Shown: piece after piece, positions 38,612-51,418 of the stretch
How the letters are laid out: every line of letters begins with the position of its first letter
Numbering within the stretch: position 1 is the first letter of the stretch
From: Proteromonas lacertae
Lineage: Eukaryota
DNA: 64,000 bases
Assembly (NCBI GenBank): GCA_002245135.1
Contig: NGBS01000881.1
Location: 62,001 to 126,000 of the forward strand
Direction of reading: 5' to 3'
Program-made: the position numbers and the translations under genes
Notes under the pieces: model-generated
What the model was told of the DNA's origin: nothing
Seen by the model: the letters and a program-made list of their open reading frames with translations, nothing else
Databases searched by the model: none

Positions 38612-40548
38612 TTATTTTTGTTTTACTTCTTTATTTTCATCATTTACATCATTCTCATCTTTTCCTTTTTCCTTTTTATCTACATTTTCATTTGTTGTTG
38701 GATTTGATGCATTCATAGCTTTTTGATATTCTTCCAACTGTTTTTGATATTCTTTCATTTTATTTTCATAATCCTCTAACTGCTTTTCATATTCTACAGG
38801 TAAACTCATTCCCATCGATTCATAATATTTCTTCCACTGATCTAAATAATCTATTTCAATAATATAAATGAATAACAACAAAAATACTTATATCACCACA
38901 CTGTGCATAATATTGATTATAATATTGTTGTTGTTGTTGTTGCATATCCATCATATTAGTATTATATTGAGTATAATATTGTGCATATTCAGGAGGTAAT
39001 CTAAATGAATATATAATTAATTATATTAATAATTATACATAGGTGTTGCTTCTTTCATTCCTGCATTTGTTAATATCAAATCTTTTGCTTTTTCCATCAT
39101 ATCTGGATTACCATATAATGTCAATGTCCTCATTAATGGCTCTACATCATTATCAGCAGTAGGAGGCACTACTACTCTTACACCATAGATACTTTGTATT
39201 TCTTTAATATGAATACCACCTTTACCTATTACTAAACCAATCTGTTTATTCATAAATAAATAAATATATATATATATATATATTATTTTATACTTTTTCA
39301 TCAGGAATAACAACCGTACAAGAAGGACCATCATCTCCCATTAAATTAGAAACATTTATTTGACCTTGAACTAATGCAAATATATCACTAAAAGCAGCTT
39401 GAACACCAGCTGGAGGTCCAGTGACAGTAATACTTCTTACCTCAGGATTATCACGGTCAGCCATTGGTGGGATAAATATATTTGTATTTGTACGATTCAT
39501 TATAGATTTACATGTTTCACCACCTCTTCCAATAACTAAACCAACTTTATTATCAGGAATTTTAAAGTCTTTTTTAGCTGCACCCATACCACCAACTGCA
39601 GTTGCACAATTATTGGTCATCTCCATTCGCTTTTGTTCCACTAATTTCATTACTGCTTCTTTGGCATCTCTTACAGCTAATCGATCACCTGTTATAGTTA
39701 CATCACGATATATAGCGCCTGGAGGAGTTTCTTCATCCTTTTGCACTTGAACATGAGCATGAGTTGTTGCTATTATATTCTTAACAGTATCACCTGCTTT
39801 ACCTATTACCATTCCTACCATTTGATTAGGTATTTGAATTATTTCAGTTATATCTTCTACATATAAATATAAATAAATTACAATATTTATATATACTTGT
39901 ATTTCCATCAAAGGCTGATCTTTTATTTTGATGTTCAACTTCTTCATCTTCTATTGTTTGAGCATCTTCAGGAACGATTCCATTTGTAAATAAATAACCA
40001 TTTAACATTATCGTAGCTTTATCTACTGAATTTTTATCTTCTCCTTCTATGTCTATCAATACACTTAAATCTGCTTCAGTCTGTGGTGGTTTTACTATTA
40101 CTCTTACACCATTTTCAAATTCAATATTTTTACGTATAGTTCCATTGTTTGCTAATAATATTTTGGCATAATCTTTATCAAAATCGTCTGGTTTTCGAAG
40201 TTTCATCTTTCTTCTAAATCTTGCTATTAATCTATCAGGTCTAAGCTTTTTCATTGCTCCTTCTTGTTGTAGCGCAGCTGCTTTCTCTTTTGCTATTCGA
40301 ATTGCATCTTCAATAGTCTTTGGCCTTTTATTATTACCTTCTAGAAAAATTAAACAATAAAAATATCAATACGAGATGTCTCATCACTAAATCCAACCCC
40401 TCCCCTTTTATGAGACTCTGTACCTTTTATTTCGTTGTATATGTTCTAAAACAATATAAATAAATCAATTTATAAAAGATATAGATTTATATAATCGTCA
40501 TACATCTTGTTTTGGAGGTTCTTTGCTATCCCAACCACCACGAGGCAT
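38612..40548 (-). CDS. KH-domain RNA-binding protein (FUBP/KHSRP-like), multi-exon
   Basis: IPNQMVGMVIGKAGDTVK, IPDNKVGLVIGRGGETCK, IPDEK|IGLVIGKGGIHIK; Y-rich C-terminus (QWKKYYESMG); ATG 40548. Confidence 0.85.
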
Positions 40549-40615
40549 AAAAAATAAGAAATTATAAAAATGGAAATCAAGCCAAATCGTTTTTTCGAAA
40601 CACCTATATATTTAA

Positions 40616-41320
40616 ATGGATCCTACCTTAGCAGCTGCAATAAAGAGAGGAAATCCAGTTGTATTTATGGATATAGAAATAGCAAATCAACCAGCTGGAA
40701 GGATAAGAATGGAACTATTTAAGAAAGTTGCTCCAAAAGTATATACTTTCTTTGTATATTATATTTAGACAGTTGAAAATTTTCGGTATAATATGTTAAT
40801 ATGATGTTAGACAATTTTGTACAGGTGAATTTAGAAGATCAAATCTACCAATCGGTTACAAAGGTTGTGAATTTCATAGGTAAAATATTAGTAGTTTAAA
40901 TGTATTTAATAGAGTAATAAAAGGTTTTATGATTCAAGGTGGTGATTTTGTAAATGGTGATGGAACAGGATATATGAGTATATATGGAGGTTATTTCAAT
41001 GATGAAGCGTTTGAATGCAAACATGATGGACCAGGTTACTTATCTATGGTATAGAAATTATTGAGTATTATATCAAGTAGGCAAATTCTGGTCCAAATAC
41101 AAATGGTTGCCAGTTTTTCATAACTTGTGCAAAATGTGAGTGGTTAGATGGAAAGCATGTAGTTTTTGGAAGAATATTGGATCAAGAATCGTTAATAACT
41201 GTATTATAGATAAAAAAAATATTATAATTCATGTAGGTTAAAAAGATAGAGAATTGTCCAGTAGATGCAAATAGTAAACCAAAGTTACAATGCAAAGTGG
41301 TAGAATGTGGTGAATTATAA
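40616..41320 (+). CDS. PPIH: Cyclophilin H-like peptidyl-prolyl isomerase, 5 introns
   Basis: [33 protein letters not shown]...[26 protein letters not shown]...[32 protein letters not shown]...CGEL*. Confidence 0.9.
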
Positions 41321-41762
41321 TAATAATTTTTCCTATACTTTTTTGTTTTAGATATTTTTGTTTGAATATATATGTGTGTGATTGATGTGAATGATAACAC
41401 TTCAAAATTATTGATGATAAAATGAAAGCTTGAATAACTGTTTGAATCTAATCTTCAATTTTTGAAGTGAATGAAGCTTAATTGTATAATATATAATGAC
41501 TCTATTAAATAGATTCTACTTTTTTAGAAATGTATTTATATTAATAACATGCATAGCTACTCTGAATACACTGTTTCTGGTTTTAATCAATTACAACAAG
41601 TATGATATATGAATTATGATAGTATAGTCAATCAATGATTTATCTATTGATTTTCCAGAACATATTGTAAGATCACACCAATTTTATTCTTTAGATATTT
41701 AAACCTCTAATCGAAACTTATATTCGACTTCTAGAGTCATGGGATGATTCATTGCTGGATTG
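41117..41762 (+). repeat. 646-bp direct duplication, copy 1
   Basis: Appears identical to 43602-44247 (offset 2485; the same 72-aa ORF appears twice in the track). Confidence 0.95.
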
Positions 41763-41770
41763 CATAAATG

Positions 41771-43344
41771 TTATAGTTGAATATAGAAATATCTCTCTAA
41801 AATATTAAGTGTATGAAAAGTAAACTCTTTTTGTACTAGTTCAAACAAAACTGTGATAATAATCATAGAAATTATAATAATAATATATATATAATATTAA
41901 CTACTATTGATCTTTTGAAACATTTCTTCTAATGTTTTTCTCTTTTTTTCATCTTTTATAGTAGATATACATTTCTTCGCTTCATTTATATATTCATTCT
42001 ATTTTCATGATAATATATTCTATTTATACACTATCAAAATTGCTCATTATAATATATTCAGCATTTTCATTATTGATCTATAATTCACATACACATATTA
42101 TATATATATATACAGACTTTTCATTCTTCATTTTTTCATTATAATAATTTAAACGGTTTTTCACTTTCATTAGATATTCTTTATCTTTTATTGATTCTAA
42201 GAATTTTATCATTGCAGTAAGATTATTCTTATTTTCAGGAAATATATCAATCAGCTTATGCAGATTATTTACAAAATGATTTTTGTTCTTCTGCAACTCC
42301 TCTGCATCTTCCTTACAGTATTGAGGTTTTTTTTGACCAACTGAAGGAAAGAACAACTATTGTTAATTAAATTATTATTATTATTATTATATATACACGT
42401 AAAAAATCATCATTTCCATAGTATATACTAACTTTTTCTGATCCCATACTAATTATCTCATCTAATGTTTTATAATTAATTCTACCATTTCCTAAATACA
42501 GATTTAAAATAAAACTATTTGAACAGTAGTTCCAATAAAGCATTTCTTCTTCAATTTCTTCGATATTTATTCTTTTCTGGGGATCCTTTTCTAACATTCT
42601 CAGGATTAACTTCTCTATTTCAGGTATTCTTTCATCATACATTCTTTCAATTTTTGTTCTTTTTTTGTCAAATAATATCCTGGCCTTTACTAAATCTAAA
42701 TCATTTCCTTCAAATGCCATTTTTAAGCTGTATAATTCATATAATATACAACCTAAACTAAATATATCACTTTTTTCAGAATAAGGAGGTGGTTTTTTTA
42801 ACCATAACTCAGGAGCCATATAGTTGTAACTACCTACCGACTTTAATTTGGACATCTCAGCATTACTCTTTATACACAAACTCAAACCACTAAATATTAA
42901 TTCATCATGTCTTCCAACTAAAATATTACTAGAAGTTAAATTTCTATGAATTACGCCTTTACTGTGAATATGTTTCAAACCATTTACTAAATCATTAATA
43001 TAATGCTTTATTTCCTAATAATTACAAATATATTAACCTATATATACTTTAGCTGAAAATGCTTCTCTCATTTCTTTCTTTCTATTTATTATTCTACATA
43101 AATCACCATCTTTAATATATTCCATTGCAATATATGGTTTATCACATACAACATCGCTTTCTCTTACAATGACTATACTAGGGTCTTCCAGTTCTTTTAG
43201 CATACTCATTTCGTTTTCCAATTCACTAATTGACTCAGATCTATTTTTTATCACCTTCTTTATAACTTTTAAACCATTTACTTCTTCCAAATATACAACA
43301 CTATATCTACCCTCCCCGATTTTATCACATGCTTTATATTCCAT
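41771..43344 (-). CDS. NEK-like protein (pseudo)kinase, multi-exon
   Basis: IGEGRYSVVY, KVIKK, IAMEYIKDGDL, VIHRNLTSSNIL, IFSGLS (no DFG), YMAPE, SEKSDIFSLGCILYE; last exon ends TAA 41771-41773. Confidence 0.8.
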
Positions 43345-43601
43345 AACGCACACACACGAATGATTAAATGATAAAATAAAAAAGTTGAAAAATAAAAATG
43401 ACGATTCCACAAGCCAAACATCAATTTTTAGTTTTTGTGTTTATATAGTTGGAATTGTCGCAAATAATTTGTAGAAGTTTGGGACTATTTGTCATATATC
43501 CGGTTTAACTTGCTTAAAAGTAAGAAAATAGTTAAACATAAATACATATTTAAATAGAAACTAATATTACTTTAAAGTCTATATCATATTTCCATCAATT
43601 A

Positions 43602-44247
43602 TTCATAACTTGTGCAAAATGTGAGTGGTTAGATGGAAAGCATGTAGTTTTTGGAAGAATATTGGATCAAGAATCGTTAATAACTGTATTATAGATAAAA
43701 AAAATATTATAATTCATGTAGGTTAAAAAGATAGAGAATTGTCCAGTAGATGCAAATAGTAAACCAAAGTTACAATGCAAAGTGGTAGAATGTGGTGAAT
43801 TATAATAATAATTTTTCCTATACTTTTTTGTTTTAGATATTTTTGTTTGAATATATATGTGTGTGATTGATGTGAATGATAACACTTCAAAATTATTGAT
43901 GATAAAATGAAAGCTTGAATAACTGTTTGAATCTAATCTTCAATTTTTGAAGTGAATGAAGCTTAATTGTATAATATATAATGACTCTATTAAATAGATT
44001 CTACTTTTTTAGAAATGTATTTATATTAATAACATGCATAGCTACTCTGAATACACTGTTTCTGGTTTTAATCAATTACAACAAGTATGATATATGAATT
44101 ATGATAGTATAGTCAATCAATGATTTATCTATTGATTTTCCAGAACATATTGTAAGATCACACCAATTTTATTCTTTAGATATTTAAACCTCTAATCGAA
44201 ACTTATATTCGACTTCTAGAGTCATGGGATGATTCATTGCTGGATTG
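43602..44247 (+). repeat. 646-bp direct duplication, copy 2 (promoterless cyclophilin 3' fragment plus the 5' end of the next gene)
   Basis: Appears identical to 41117-41762. Confidence 0.95.
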
Positions 44248-44976
44248 TATAAACGACATATCTGCTTTATTGAATGAAACCAAACCTTCAAGTTTTCCAA
44301 AAGGTTGTTATGAATGGAAGACGTTATTAAACTATTTACAATGTTATAAAGCAATGCAAGAGATGGATTTTGTAAAGAGTATATTCCATTTGTCAATAGT
44401 GAAAGAGTATATTTTTTATTCTTGTGATTAATATTAGAAATATATCACATTTACAACCGCAAATACTCCAGAAATCATATCAAACAGCAATAAAACGATG
44501 TACAGAGTTAATAAGTATATTATTTCAATCAAAACTTCAATCATTTGAGATTTTATCAAGTAAATATAAAACAAATGATATTCAACAATTATTTGAATCA
44601 CATTCATGTATATTTCTTATATTCAATATAATTAGTTACAATTAGTGAAAAGCATTATAAATATTTAATAAAAATGAATAGGAATGATGTTATTTTTACA
44701 ATTTCTACATTGTATCCATTATCATATTCTGAGGAATATGATAAACATTTACCTACTATAAATTCTTTGGTAATAGATATTGTTTCAGGTTTGTTAGCTT
44801 TTACTTCTTGTATATATGATCAGTTATTGAAACACACATTTTTAATCCATAAATTACCTTTTAATATGTTTTTGGTGATAGTTGTTGAAGGAAACTGGAA
44901 GCCTACTCCTGATCATTACCTTCAATTAAGTGAAATAACCAAACATTTAGATTTTCCATCAATATTATCTCCGTAA
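43956..44976 (+). CDS. Hypothetical multi-exon protein, possibly KICSTOR subunit KICS2/C12orf66-like; start approximate
   Basis: MDFVKSIFHL and KHLPTI...IYDQLLKHTFLIHKL...FLVIVVE loosely recall C12orf66 (HWPNV...FYDDKVQSTYFL..F.IVIIFE). Confidence 0.4.
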
Positions 44977-45080
44977 TTAATATCATTGTAATTAAGTATT
45001 TATTAATTATTAACCAAGCGTTTTTCAATAAAATATATTCGTTACAAATCTTATTTTTTAAATAATTGTGATTTTGTTGT

Positions 45081-46000
45081 ATGGAAGTCCCCACAGCATT
45101 AAGACCTCTTAGGATGGCAGGAAAGTGCGCAATTGTTACAGGAGGCTCTAAAGGTATTGGAGCAGGAATAGGTATTTAAAATGATTGTTATCCGTAGTTA
45201 AAGAATTTATTAAAGAAGGATGCTATGTAGTATTTTGCTGCAGAAATGAAGGTGAAGGTAAGAAGTTTGTATATTCTATCAAATTATGATATTAGGAAGA
45301 TGCGATGAATAACATGGGTCCTGGCAAATGTTTGTTTTGTAAATGTGATGTAGAAAGTAAAACTGATTTAGAAAACTTAGTAGCTGTAGCAGCTGAAAAA
45401 GCAGGAAGAATCGACTGTATTGTTAACAATGCTGGTTGGCATCCACCAGCTACACCATTTGTTGATACAAAATTGGAAGATTTTAAAGCATTGATCAATA
45501 CAAACTTAGTTTCGTATTTCTATTTATCAAAGTATTATTAGATTTAATAATAATCATAAATATTAATATATAGATTAGCTGTACCTTATCTTAGAAAAGT
45601 CAAAGGATCAATAATCAATATCTCTTCATTAGTTGGACATATAGGCCAATCAAATGCTGTTTCTTATTGTGCAACTAAAGGTGCAATTCATGCAATGACA
45701 AGAGCTATAGCAATAGATGAAGCTCCTTATGAAGTTAGATGTAATTCAATTTCACCAGGTAATATATGGACGCCATTATTTGAAGATTGGATTAATGGTG
45801 AGGTCAATCCTGATGAGAGCATGAAAGTAATGAATGATATGCAAATGCTAAGGAGATTAGGAACAATTGAAGAATGTGGTAAGATGGCTTTATTTTTAGC
45901 TGTAGATGCTACATATAACACTGGCAACGATTTTGTTATTAGTGGAGGAGCTGAATTAGATTATGGTAATAAGTTTACTAGAGGTGATCATTCAGAGTGA
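45081..46000 (+). CDS. HSD17B14: Short-chain dehydrogenase, HSD17B14/L-fucose dehydrogenase-like
   Basis: IVTGGSKGIG, DCIVNNAGWHPP, YCATKG, ISPGNIWTPL, SGGAELDYG; 3 short introns. Confidence 0.8.
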
Positions 46001-46099
46001 TAGATAATATATCCATATGTATCTTGTGTTTCTGTTCTTCCAAATACACTCTAAACAACATAAAGAATAATATATTATATATAAATTTCTTTCAATTAC

Positions 46100-48116
46100 C
46101 TATGATCTACCTTCAACCAACTTACTTTCTAATCTTTCACTTACACTCCTAATCAATCCTTTGCCATTAGTAATTTTAGTTGTAGCAATAACAATATCAT
46201 AGTTAAAATCATCCATTCTTCTCAATTGTCTCAATGCAGCAATTTCCATCCAACTAATACCTCCAATCATATAAACCATCACCACTTTACGTTTATCACC
46301 ACTACCACCACTTGCACTACCAACACCACCTACTCCACCACTTCCACTAGCATTTGTATCACTTAATAAATTCTTCTTCGCTTTGATTTGTTGATTTATT
46401 TCAACAGTTGGTCCACTTATTAACTTCATCACATCATTCTTAGTTGACCATAGATTATTCATTGCATATTGAACCAATCTACAAGATAATGGAGCATAAC
46501 CTGATGTTACATAAGCCATATCATTCATATCATTCCCTACACTATTTTCATTAATACAATTAAACTGTTTACGTATATTCACCCAATGATTAGAACTTTC
46601 TTTCTTTGTCAATAATCCAATCTTCTCTAGATTTGATATTGTTAATAATAATTCAAAACCATATGTTTGAATTAGATCTCTTCTAATTGCATCAAATATT
46701 TTTGGTTTAAATCCTCCACTAGATACAGAAATTAAACACAATTCTCTTAATAGACCAACTAAATCATCTTGTAATGCTATTTTCATTAACATTCCTTCAC
46801 CACTATCACCATTACCTTCAGCACAGAGTCTTTCACTTTCCCATTTCTGTCGAAAATCCCTACTGTTTGTTAAACCAGTCACTTTTTCAGCTAACTATTA
46901 ATATATATAAATAATAATAATTATTATTATAAATAATACATTTATATGTATTTGTAGTAAACCAAACATATCTTTCAATCCAGGGATCTTTCTAACGAAA
47001 TCTCTAATTTCTCTTACATCAGTATCTTTATTTGGACGAGAATCAAATATTTCTATTTTATTAAATATAAATTTAAAAATAAATACTTTTAATTTCTTTA
47101 GATTTATCTTTCAAATAATCAGGTACTAAATTAATATGATAATCTCTAATCTCATTGAATAATTTATCATTTGAATTTAATGGCAATACAACTTTACCAT
47201 CTGATAATTTCTTAAATGTTTTTATATCATTTCCTTCACCTACTATATCTTCTTCTACTGTTGCAGTACTATTCTCTATTGTATATATTTCATCTATTAA
47301 TCCTTCATATGTTAATGGAACGATGAATGGACTGACAAAATCAACTTCTCTATCCAATATAATCAAAGTATCAATTTCAGGAATTATTCCATTTCCTTCA
47401 GTTAAATTCTCTTCTTTTTTTATTCGTTGAATCATATCACTCACTATACTTGCATAATTACCTTTCGCTTTGATATGTGGAATTGTTCCATACAGACTCT
47501 GAAGCTTTAGTATAGATCTTGCAATTGGATTTAAACAACTGATATCTCCTTCTAAATATATTTCTCTGAAATAATTATCAGCTTCCATTGATAATATATC
47601 TTCTTCTATTGGTATTAAATCAACATGGAATTCACCGATTGTTAAATCATCATATATTCCTTCGTCTCTTAATATCTGACAGCATAGAAAACTTTGTCTT
47701 GGTACAAAATATAAATAAATTGATTTTTCACTCTATATTATAAATAATATTAACATACATTTGCTTCTAAAAGGGTATGAACTTGGGCTGAGATTTGTTT
47801 CATCAATGCTATTGTAGCTCTAGTTATATAAACTATATTTTTTGCTGTTCCTGATAATGGTTCATCACTTAGTTGACTAAATGAGACAACTCCATTATCC
47901 TAAATACATAGAATGAAATATATCGCATATAATGCATACTTTAAATATTTTTGCACCACCTGTAATAAAATTAAGAGGTGTACTAAGGCTTGTGTCTAAT
48001 ACGACAGATTTCTCACCTGGAATTGATTGTAATATATCTTCTAATTCATTACGACCTGCATCTCTGATAGCTTGTAAATTAATCACAGAATTTGAAAGAG
48101 AAGTGATTGAACTCAT
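46100..48116 (-). CDS. VPS33: Vacuolar protein sorting 33 (Sec1/Munc18 family), multi-exon
   Basis: LQSIPGEKSVVLD, LYFVPR, IDTLIILDREVDFVSP...LTYEGLIDE, TSGYAPLSCRLVQ, MIGGISWMEIAALR, TTKITNG. Confidence 0.9.
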
Positions 48117-48266
48117 TTAAAAATCTTTTTTATTAATTGAACAACAAACATCTGTTGGAAGTAAATCAATTTTGGTAAATTACCTTGTCATTTCTGTCAG
48201 AATTAATTCCATTATTTTCGATTGAATTTATTTGTTTAAAAGTAATAAATCACATATACATACTTA

Positions 48267-50292
48267 ATGGAATCAATTGACGCTAATGGAAACAAGGTTT
48301 ACAATCTATCAGCTGGTAGATTGTTCCCAAACGTATATTTTTGCGAATTTATAAGTATTAGTGGCTTACAGAATCTCAAAAAAAGAAATTGGCAAAGGAT
48401 GAAGGTATTTTACTTTAGTTATAACATTAATAGAGTATAGTAAAAGAATTAATCTGATACAAGATTTTCAAATGAATTCAGCATGTGAAAAAGTTAAAAT
48501 ATCACAAGATGGTAAGTTTATAGTAGTTACTGGTGTATATCCTCCAATTATAAGAACTTATGAAGTTCAAGAAAAAAGTATGAAATTTGAAAGGCATTTA
48601 ACAAGTGAAGTGGTTCAATTTCAATTGTTAGCAGATGATTATAGTAAAATTGCTCTTCTAGAAGAAGATAGAAATATAGAATTACATACTGCATATGGCT
48701 ATCATTATAAAACCAGAATCCCTAAAATGGGAAGAGATATGACATATTTCAAAGAAAATTGTGAATTATTGATTGTTGGAAGTACACCAGAAATATACAG
48801 ATTATCTTTAGAACAAGGAATTTTCCTCAAATCCTTCGAAACTAATAGTTCTGGTAATAACGCTATAGGAATTAGTCCAATTCACCAATTAGTGGGTGTA
48901 TGTGGAGATAATGGTGTATTAGAATGTTGGGATGAAAGACAAAGAAACAGAATAACATCAATGAATGTAAGTGATAATGAATTAACAACATTAAGATTTA
49001 GTAATGATGGAATGAATTTAGCTATTGGAACTAGTAAAGGTTTATTATGTATGTATGATTTGAGAATGTCTGAACCATTATATACCAAACAATATCAATA
49101 TGAAACGCCCATAATGGATTTAAAATTTGTAAACAATAAACAATTAATAGGATGTGATCAGAAAGTAATAAAATTTTGGAATTATAAAACTCAAGATCAT
49201 ATTTGTACAATTGAAACTCCTAATCAAATTAATGATTTAGCAGTTGTACCTAATACAGGATTATTCTTTGTAGCATGTGAACAAGAGAGAATGATGTCAT
49301 ATTATATGCCAAGTTTAGGACCAGCTCCAAAATGGTGTAGTTATATTGACAGTATCACTGAGGAATTAGAAGAAGAAGAATCAAGTACTTATGTTGATTA
49401 TAAGTTTATAACAAGAGAAGAAATAGAGAAAATGGGATTGACTCATTTAGTAGGTAGTAATTTATTAAGATCTTATATGCATGGTTATTTCATGGATTAT
49501 AAATTGTATAATAAATTAGTAACAATATCTGATCCAGATGCTTATGATAAATGGAAGAAAGAAGAGATTATAAGAAGAGAAGAAAAGAAGAAAGAACAGA
49601 GAATTATAGTAAAACATAAACTACCTAAGGTGAATAAAGATTTAGCTAAGAAATTATTAGATGAAAAGAAAAGTAAAGTTATTGAAAATCCATTAGGAGA
49701 CGATCGATTTGCAGATATGTTTAACAGAGATGAATTTACAATTGATCAGAATTCTGATGATTATAAAAGACTTCATATGATGGATTATATTAAAAATAAT
49801 AATAGAAAGAATAAATTAAATAATGATGATGATGAAGATGATGATGTGAAGGAAATTCTAAAGGATCAATTTGAATTGTTGGATGAGATAGAAGAAGAAC
49901 AACAACAAGATATTCTATCAAATAAAAGAAATAATGATAGTGATATTGACAATAATTTTAATGATGATGATAGTGATAGTGATAGTGACAGTGATAGTGA
50001 AGAAGAAAACACTAAACAACAAAAACAGAAAGAAAAAGAAAAAACTAAATCTAAACAAGAAAAGAGGAAATTGTATAAACTTAAAGATGGAGAATCAACT
50101 GTATTAACATCTGTGAATAAAAAAAAGAATAATTTACAAGCAATGAAACGAAAAGAGATTCAGAGTAAACCTTTGGAAGAGAGAGTAAATGAATTAAAGA
50201 ATGACAATTCTTCATCAAGATTAGTAAATGGGAAACGTGAAATAACATTTGAAGTAAGATCAAAAAATGCAAAGAAACCAAAGAGAAAATAG
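48267..50292 (+). CDS. NOL10: Nucleolar protein 10 (ENP2), WD40 plus NUC153
   Basis: VYNLSAG, RINLIQDF, TGVYPP, SMKFERH, PSLGPAPKWCS..DSITEELEE, LRSYMHGYF, DDRFADMF; two 5' introns. Confidence 0.93.
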
Positions 50293-50372
50293 AAGAATAT
50301 GTTTTATGATTTGTTTTTGTTTTGTGTATGTTTGATTCTGGTTTGATATAAATAGAATAAAAAATCGCAAAA

Positions 50373-51236
50373 ATGAATGTAACTAGTGTTCTTAATGTTG
50401 TATGACTATTGGCTTATCTTTATGTTAGATTAATAATACTCGATATTGGGATTTGGGAGATCTTGTTGGTTTTATCAATTTCTTCAGTACTCTTAGTGTT
50501 TGTTTGGAGTATAGAAGTATTGCACAACAGACTACATCATTTTATTCATTGGTTGCTTGCTTGTTAGGACAATATGGTATGACAATGTTCTTATATGTAA
50601 ATAGGAGGTGGTATGTCACTTTCATTTGTATTAGGAGAATGTCCAGTTTTTTTTCTAAAGAATGAACCATTTATATCTGGATTATTAGCATGGCTATTGG
50701 TTTTTGCCACTCCTTATGAAATAGGTTATAAATTAGCAAATTCTGTTTATATATCTCCGTTATGTTCTATTGGAGTGTATTTAAATTGGACCCATGGGAT
50801 TAGTTCCAATGGAATTGATAAAATTATGAATTTTGGTGTTCCTTTCTCTAATAGTTTAGTATTAATTATATTTGCAGGAGTAGTAGCATCTAGTGGTGGG
50901 GGTGTATTAACAAAATGGTTAAGACTACATGACGGAAACATGAAATCAATAAATGGTCTTCCTCCTGATTTAAAAACTCCAAGTTTGAGAGTTCAAACTA
51001 ATTTAATAGGAACTATAATGTATTATTGTATGGTGTATTTGTTTAAGTCTTCCTTCTTGTCATTTACTAAGAATACAGCAAAGACTATTATTTTTATGTT
51101 TGTTGCAGTGATGGATGTTATTGAAAGGTTGTATCATATCGATTTTATTCCAAATCTACATTACACTGCGTTTAAATTGTTTGGAATTCCATATCATGTA
51201 TGTAATAAAGTAGATACAAATCATAAGGAACTTTAA
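50373..51236 (+). CDS. TRIC/TMEM38-like membrane channel protein
   Basis: Multiple TMs, LLGQYGGG after splicing, and GVVASSGGGVL glycine motifs; 2 short introns. Confidence 0.55.
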
Positions 51237-51418
51237 ATAAGCAAATTTATATTTGTTAATTAGTTGTTTTTGTTGTTTTTATTGTGAAGTAAGTTTTTAA
51301 ACACAAATGGTAATTTACGAAGTAATTTTGTTTACATTACATTTTGAATAGTCATTTCGTAATTCAATATCTATTGTGCTTTTATCATTGAATTACATAA
51401 TTAAAATATCAACAATTC

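Noticed and set aside
41182..41400. 72-aa minus-strand ORF present twice (also 43667-43885)
   Set aside because: Antisense shadow of cyclophilin's 3' end inside the duplication
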